NCBI GenBank assembly: GCA_050949885.1
Contig: JBMNGO010000007.1
Location: forward strand, 103,549 to 167,548
Length of the DNA: 64,000 nt
DNA from: Syntrophomonadaceae bacterium
Lineage (GTDB): Bacteria; Bacillota; Syntrophomonadia; Syntrophomonadales; Syntrophomonadaceae
Direction: 5' to 3'
This document shows positions 58,838 through 64,000 of the stretch, one piece after another (positions within the stretch are counted from its first letter, which is position 1; the number at the start of each line of letters is the position of its first letter). A program made the translations under genes and the position numbers. The notes under the pieces were generated by a model. The model was not told the DNA's origin. It saw nothing but the letters and a program-made list of their open reading frames with translations, and ran no database searches.

Positions 58838-59177
58838 TTTGCCCGCATGGCACCGAATCCTGGTTTATTCTCGTTCTTGGTTGCATGGCCATTATTCGGT
58901 AGTTGTCGCCACACGTCTAAAACAGCCCGGATTCACCACTTCAGGGGACCATTCCCGGTTTTCCAGCCTTTCGAACAGCCGGCCAACTCCTGGTATTGTT
59001 TAAGTTTTTCGTAATATTAGGTTATAATAGTAATAGGCTTACGGCCCAAGGATTAAAAATCAAAATACTGTGCGGTATGGTCCCCAGCAAACCTAGCGAG
59101 TAGTTAATGTCCATTTGCCAGCGGGTGGTAAATGGATAATGTTGCGCAAAAAAGTGCTCGTTAGGAGGATGTAAGCT

Positions 59178-61016
59178 ATGGACTATAGGTACCCTATTCG
59201 TGATCTGCAGTTTATATTGAAAGAATGGCTGCCAACTGAAGATATACTGAATCTTCAGCGTTTCAGGGACTATTATAGTATGGATGATATTGACCCCATA
59301 ATAAGAGAGGCTTACCGAATAGCCCGGGAAATGGTAAGCCCCCTGCAGGCAAAAGGGGATCAAAACCCGGTCAAGCTGGAGAACCATACGGTTATATCTT
59401 CACCCGGCTATAAAGAGGTTTACAAATACCTGCAGGAAAATGGTTGGGGATCAAGCAGCGAATGTATCGGTATAACAGGAGGAATGCCTTTAATACTGTT
59501 CAAAGCAGTTTTTGAACTTATTACTGGTGCCTGTCCGGCCATTGCCTCGAATATCAAATTAACTTCGGGGGCAGCCAATCTGATAATCAGATTTGGCAGC
59601 CCAGCAGATCAAAAAAGATTTCTTCCCAAAATGCTCAAGGGTGACTGGCAGGGAACCATGAATCTGACTGAGCCAGAGGCAGGTTCCGATGTGGGTGATA
59701 TACGCACCCAGGCCATTCCTACCGCTGATCCCAGGGTTTACAAGATTAAGGGAACCAAAATGTTTATTACCGGCGGAGATGGAACCATATGTGAAAACAC
59801 CATTCACATGGTGCTGGCCCGGCCTGCAGGCGGAGCGCCGGGGACAGCTGGACTGGGTCTGTATATTGTTCCTAAAATTTGGGTAAATGAAGATGGCAGT
59901 CTGGGATGCCCTAATGATGTTACAACAATTGCTGTTGAGCACAAAATGGGACTGAACGGATCTGCCACCTGTATGATAAATTACGGGGAAAACGACCAAT
60001 GCTATGGCCTTAGGCTGGGGCCGCCGCCTGACCAAAATGGCAGATCAAAAGGTATCGCCATGATGTTTCACATGATGAATGAATCCCGTATAGGAACCGG
60101 GCATAATGCCAATTGTCAGGCCTCAGCAGCTTATGCGTATGCTTCCCAGTATGCTGCCCAACGGATACAAGGAAGGATAGACAATAATCCCAGGAGTGAA
60201 AGAGTACCCATAATAAAACATGCTGATGTAAGAAGAATGCTGCTGGATATGAAAGCCCATACTGAAGGTATCCGAGCTTTGATATTCAAAGGTTTTTATT
60301 ACCTGGACCTGGCGCAGAATTCTGCCGATCCTCAAAAAGCCAGGGAATGCAGTGACCAGGCAGCCATAATTACTCCATTGGCCAAATGTTATGGCAGTGA
60401 AATGTGTACTCCCTTGATTTCTGAGGCCATGCAGGTATTGGGAGGAGTGGGTTACACCAGGGAGTATCCGATAGAACAATATTTGAGAGATTCAAAAATA
60501 CTAACTATCTGGGAAGGTACCTCATTTATTCATGGCAATGATCTGGTGGGACGGAAAATGAGGATGGGCGGAGGCGAGCCTTTTAAATTTTGGATGAACA
60601 ACATCCGGGAATTTGCTGAGAAAAACTGGGATATCGGCAGTTTAGGAAATGAAATGCGGCTTTTGAAAACGGGTTGTGATTGTATGCAAAGGGTAAAAGA
60701 GACATATGATGACTGGTTCGACAGCCAGGCCCACCATAGAGAATTAATTTCCCTGTATGCCATCAGAGTACTATTCTTGTTTGCCCAAGTTCAAACAGCC
60801 CAGTGCTTGTTGGAACAAGCGCTGGTAGCCGGCAAAAAAATTGAGATACTTCCTGGGGATCATTTTGAAGTACCATTTTATCGAGGAAAAATAGCGGCTA
60901 CCAGATACTATTTAAACAACATCCTGCCCATGGCCTTTAAGCTGACTGATATAATCACCAATGCGGATTCCAGTGTCCTCCAGTGCCCTGAGGAAGCGCT
61001 CATAATTGATCATTAA
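59178..61016 (+). CDS. acyl-CoA dehydrogenase (long form, about 610 aa, with C-terminal extension)
   Basis: ACAD middle and C-terminal motifs (LTEPEAGSD, KMFITGGD, IWEGTS). RBS AGGAGG. Confidence 0.88.
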   Translation: MDYRYPIRDLQFILKEWLPTEDILNLQRFRDYYSMDDIDPIIREAYRIAREMVSPLQAKGDQNPVKLENHTVISSPGYKEVYKYLQENGWGSSSECIGITGGMPLILFKAVFELITGACPAIASNIKLTSGAANLIIRFGSPADQKRFLPKMLKGDWQGTMNLTEPEAGSDVGDIRTQAIPTADPRVYKIKGTKMFITGGDGTICENTIHMVLARPAGGAPGTAGLGLYIVPKIWVNEDGSLGCPNDVTTIAVEHKMGLNGSATCMINYGENDQCYGLRLGPPPDQNGRSKGIAMMFHMMNESRIGTGHNANCQASAAYAYASQYAAQRIQGRIDNNPRSERVPIIKHADVRRMLLDMKAHTEGIRALIFKGFYYLDLAQNSADPQKARECSDQAAIITPLAKCYGSEMCTPLISEAMQVLGGVGYTREYPIEQYLRDSKILTIWEGTSFIHGNDLVGRKMRMGGGEPFKFWMNNIREFAEKNWDIGSLGNEMRLLKTGCDCMQRVKETYDDWFDSQAHHRELISLYAIRVLFLFAQVQTAQCLLEQALVAGKKIEILPGDHFEVPFYRGKIAATRYYLNNILPMAFKLTDIITNADSSVLQCPEEALIIDH

Positions 61017-61040
61017 GAAAATATTATGATTTCCCTACCA

Positions 61041-61063
61041 GGGGCCAGGTATTGGCCCCTTTA
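61041..61063 (+). terminator. weak terminator hairpin after the acyl-CoA dehydrogenase gene
   Basis: GGGGCC-AGGTATT-GGCCCC followed by TTT. Confidence 0.45.
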
Positions 61064-61277
61064 TCATACTGCTTTGGGACGCAGGCGATGTGTATCAAGA
61101 GTATCTAATTATGAAAAAAGGAATTATGAATCTGTGCCGGGAGCCTGATTGTTCCCAGATGGCTGAAGGATCACTGTGGTTTAAATAGAGGTATTATATA
61201 TATGCATCCTTGCGTATCTGTTCATTAACCAATATCATATAGAGATAAGGGTATTCCAGGTGAAAGGGGTTTTGGGG

Positions 61278-62033
61278 ATGGAAGAAATAAAGTCACTGCA
61301 AAAAGCCATTTCTATTTTGGAAGAATTGTATAATGAAAAAAGGTCTTTATCTTTATCTGATCTACATCGCAATTTAGGTTATTCCAAAACAACCCTGGTT
61401 AGACTGCTCGGTACCCTGGAAAAGGCCGGATTTGTGGAAAGAAACCTCGATAGCCTCAAATACTCCTTAGGCCTCCGGTTACTTATTCTCAGTTCGGATG
61501 TGTACAAGAATATTACCAACCACAAGTGCCTCAGACCCGTTTTAGAAAGAATTAGGGATAAAAGCGGAGAAACCGTTTTTGTAAACTTACTGGCCAACGG
61601 CCAACGGGTCTGTGTGGAATGCGTAGAATCAAAGAAAAGCGTTCGTATTGTGCCATACATAGGACAAGCGGCAGATTTATATTACGGAGCATCAGCAAAA
61701 GTTATCCTGGCCCATTTTTCCGATGAAGAAATAGAAGACTACTTAAATAACATTGAACTGAAAAAAATGGGTCCCAATTCCATAACCGACAAGCAAGCAT
61801 TAATTGAAGAACTAAAAATAATTCGCCAACGAGGTTATGCCACTAGTATAGCCGAACTGGTAAGGGATTATCTTTCAGTAAGCGTCCCTTTGCTTGATCC
61901 TCACAATCGGCCATTTGGCTCCTTATCCATTGTTGCCGTGGCCGCCCAAACCGAGGAAACCATACAAGAATTTGTCAGACTCATCAAGTGGGGAAGTGAA
62001 CAATTATCCTTTTTAATTCGGCCCTTAAAATAA
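61278..62033 (+). CDS. IclR-family transcriptional regulator (paralog 1)
   Basis: wHTH LSLSDLHRNLGYSKTTLVRLLGTLEKAGFVER plus an IclR effector domain. The start is set at ATG 61278 by alignment with paralog 2. Confidence 0.88.
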   Translation: MEEIKSLQKAISILEELYNEKRSLSLSDLHRNLGYSKTTLVRLLGTLEKAGFVERNLDSLKYSLGLRLLILSSDVYKNITNHKCLRPVLERIRDKSGETVFVNLLANGQRVCVECVESKKSVRIVPYIGQAADLYYGASAKVILAHFSDEEIEDYLNNIELKKMGPNSITDKQALIEELKIIRQRGYATSIAELVRDYLSVSVPLLDPHNRPFGSLSIVAVAAQTEETIQEFVRLIKWGSEQLSFLIRPLK

Positions 62034-62155
62034 ATGACAAGTTTTTCATAATGGGCCAGCCCAGCTTCGGACTAAGATGTAAAAAGTATGAGATTAAAAA
62101 CCTGTTAATGAGAATAATAAACTAGAGCTTTTTATCCTATAAAGGAGGTGAAAAA

Positions 62156-62350
62156 ATGATTACCAAGGATATGCTTATTAAAGATGTTGTTGAAGCTCAT
62201 CCCGAAACCTTGTACGTTTTTGGCCAGTTTAACATGGGTTGCCTGGGTTGCAGCGGCGCCATGTGGGAAACCGTGGAACAGGGGGCACTAGCTCATGGAA
62301 TAGATGTAGAAGCCATGGTGAAAGCACTGAACGAAGCTATTAAAAAGTAA
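62156..62350 (+). CDS. DUF1858 (hybrid-cluster-protein-associated redox disulfide) domain protein
   Basis: 64 aa with a HPETLYVF...MGCLGCSGA motif. RBS AAGGAGGTG. Confidence 0.75.
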   Translation: MITKDMLIKDVVEAHPETLYVFGQFNMGCLGCSGAMWETVEQGALAHGIDVEAMVKALNEAIKK

Positions 62351-62398
62351 AGGAGCCATTATCCATATAGACATTGACATTACTAAACCTTGCAAAAG

Positions 62399-62450
62399 AA
62401 CCCGAAAGATTCGTCCTTGAGAACTGCAGACATCTTTCGGGTTTTTCTTC
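62399..62450 (+). terminator. intrinsic terminator
   Basis: 12-bp stem AACCCGAAAGAT/ATCTTTCGGGTT followed by TTTTC. Confidence 0.7.
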
Positions 62451-62562
62451 ATCTTGGTGCAAAAAAAAATTTTTCAGCTAAGACCTATCTTGCGAATTTT
62501 TTTGAGACTCATTAAAATTAAGTGAAACACTAAAACGCCATTCGGAACAAAAGAGGTAAAAA

Positions 62563-63318
62563 ATGCAAGAAATCAAGTCATTGCAAAGAGCAATTTCAGT
62601 TTTAGAAGAACTTCACAAAGAAAAAAGGCCACTGAGTCTATCTGAACTGCACCGAAATTTGGGGCTGTCCAAGACTTCTCTGGTCCGAATTCTGGGCACC
62701 CTGGAAAAGGCCGGATTTGTAGAGAGAAATGAGGATAGTCTCAAGTATTCATTAGGCCTGAAAATGCTGCTCTTAGGGTCTGAAGTATATAAGGGCATAA
62801 CCAACAACAAATCCATTATGCCCTTCTTGGAAGGCATAAGAGATGACAGCGGAGAGACAGTAATAGTCAATTTGTTAAATGACGACAAGCGTGTTTGTGT
62901 AGAGTGTGTGGAAGCCAAAAAAAGCGTTCGTATTGTTCCCTACATCGGGCAGACTGCATACCTTTACAGCGGGGCATCGGGCAAAGTGATCCTGGCCTTT
63001 TTCTCTGATGAAGAGATTGAAGATTATTTAAACAGGGTGCCCCTGAAAAAAATCGGACCCAACACTATAATCAACAAGGAATTATTGTGGGAAGAAATAA
63101 GGAAAATCCGAAAAGATGGGTATGCAATAAGCAACGGGGAATTGGAAAAGGATTATCTATCGGTAAGTGCCCCGCTATTCAGCTCCAACAAAACGCCCTT
63201 TGGGTCCATATCCATTGTTGCTGTAGCAGCCCTAACCGACCAGAGTATAACCAGATTTGCCAGTCTGGTCAAATACGGAAGCGAAAGGCTGTCCATCCTA
63301 ATGAATCCCTTCAATTGA
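62563..63318 (+). CDS. IclR-family transcriptional regulator (paralog 2)
   Basis: Collinear with paralog 1 over its full length, with roughly two-thirds identical residues by eye. Confidence 0.88.
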   Translation: MQEIKSLQRAISVLEELHKEKRPLSLSELHRNLGLSKTSLVRILGTLEKAGFVERNEDSLKYSLGLKMLLLGSEVYKGITNNKSIMPFLEGIRDDSGETVIVNLLNDDKRVCVECVEAKKSVRIVPYIGQTAYLYSGASGKVILAFFSDEEIEDYLNRVPLKKIGPNTIINKELLWEEIRKIRKDGYAISNGELEKDYLSVSAPLFSSNKTPFGSISIVAVAALTDQSITRFASLVKYGSERLSILMNPFN

Positions 63319-63324
63319 TGGACA

Positions 63325-63513
63325 TGTTACACGGGGCCGTCAGGCAGTGTAAAAACTATTTTCCCAAAGTTTTTCGTCCCACTTAGGGTTTTATAACTGG
63401 TGGGTTTAGGGATTAGCCTCAAAAAACCCTCTGATTTTTAGTTTTTCTCCACTAAAGTAAATTGACTTCTTAATTCTTTGACTTTTTACACAGCCTGACG
63501 TCCCCGTGTAACA
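63325..63513. mobile_element. MITE-like non-autonomous element, copy B (189 bp, near-perfect 21-bp terminal inverted repeats)
   Basis: Left end is TGTTACACGGGGCCGTCAGGC. The reverse complement of the right end is TGTTACACGGGGACGTCAGGC (1 mismatch). The interior matches 5811..6002. Sits between two convergent stop codons. Confidence 0.8.
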
Positions 63514-63538
63514 AATTGGCTCTCGTGCAACGGTTAGA

Positions 63539-64000
63539 TTATTTAGAGGGAACCAAAGATTCAATTTGTTCGTAGGCTTTTTCCCGTAACATGCTATGAA
63601 CATTTCCTCCGGCAGTATCCATGGTAACGATGAAGGGGCCAAATTCTTCTACATCCAGCACCCACATAGCCTCGGGCATACCCAGTTCCAGCCAGTGTAC
63701 ATCAATGACGCTTTTTACAGCAGAACCGAGCTTCACTGCACATCCCGGAGGCGCCTGCAGGTATACCTGTTTGTATTTCATGAAAGCTGCCAGGCTGCCG
63801 GAACTCATGCCCCCCTTACCAATAATCATCTTTACTCCCAATTGCCCCATCATTTCAGCATGGGGCTCCATACGAATGCTGGTAGTAGGTCCAATCACGC
63901 TCAATTCCCACTTGTCATCATTCTTCTTCACCACCGGTCCCGCATGGAAGACCGCATTGCCCTTAAAGTCCACAGGCAGGGGAGAACCCTTTTCCAACAA
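63539..64000 (-). CDS. Fe-S type (class I) fumarate/tartrate hydro-lyase beta subunit, N-terminus truncated by the window edge
   Basis: GPTTS.RME, IGKGGMS and APGC-like motifs (GPTTSIRMEPHAE, IIGKGGMSSGS, LQAPPGCAV). Confidence 0.8.
   Translation of the reverse strand: MLEKGSPLPVDFKGNAVFHAGPVVKKNDDKWELSVIGPTTSIRMEPHAEMMGQLGVKMIIGKGGMSSGSLAAFMKYKQVYLQAPPGCAVKLGSAVKSVIDVHWLELGMPEAMWVLDVEEFGPFIVTMDTAGGNVHSMLREKAYEQIESLVPSK

Overview
This 64-kb window looks like chromosomal DNA from an endospore-forming anaerobic Firmicute (Clostridia / Peptococcaceae-like). That placement is inferred from a gerA-type germination operon, a SipW/TasA-type locus, ytaF, a flavodiiron protein, and Bacillus-like polA-mutM-ytaF-coaE and dnaE...pfkA-pyk gene order. 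Most of the window is ordinary housekeeping and transport. It includes a sigma-54 activator, a MoeB-like E1 and a TRAP transporter; a PAS-GGDEF-HD-GYP protein; dnaE, pfkA, pyk and hbd; an ECF sigma/anti-sigma pair; polA, mutM and coaE; a MacAB-like efflux system; an acyl-CoA dehydrogenase; and two IclR paralogs. Nine things stand out. (1) An intact tRNA-Leu(CAA) is followed on the same strand by nine tandem tRNA-3'-half-like units. The array sits between a consensus promoter and a single terminator, and I cannot assign it to any described element class. (2) A SipW/TasA-like fibre operon carries an ABC-ATPase-like gene and a membrane protein fused to a signal-peptidase-like domain. Both appear to have lost canonical catalytic motifs. 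(3) There are two copies of a ~190-bp MITE-like element with ~21-bp terminal inverted repeats. (4) A second dispersed repeat family (ATCACGGGGACAGGTACCTTGATTCT) and a 29-bp perfect palindrome share a GGGGAC core with the MITE ends. (5) The gerXB gene is interrupted by an in-frame TGA. (6) A YhaO/SbcD-like gene is frameshifted in a G5 tract. (7) Tandem LexA (Cheo) boxes lie in front of a TauE-rhomboid gene pair. (8) An 877-aa flavodiiron-rubredoxin-NROR-rubredoxin fusion is present. (9) A 57-aa DUF1540 gene falls below the ORF-track length cutoff. All homology calls come from motif recognition by eye. No database search was run.
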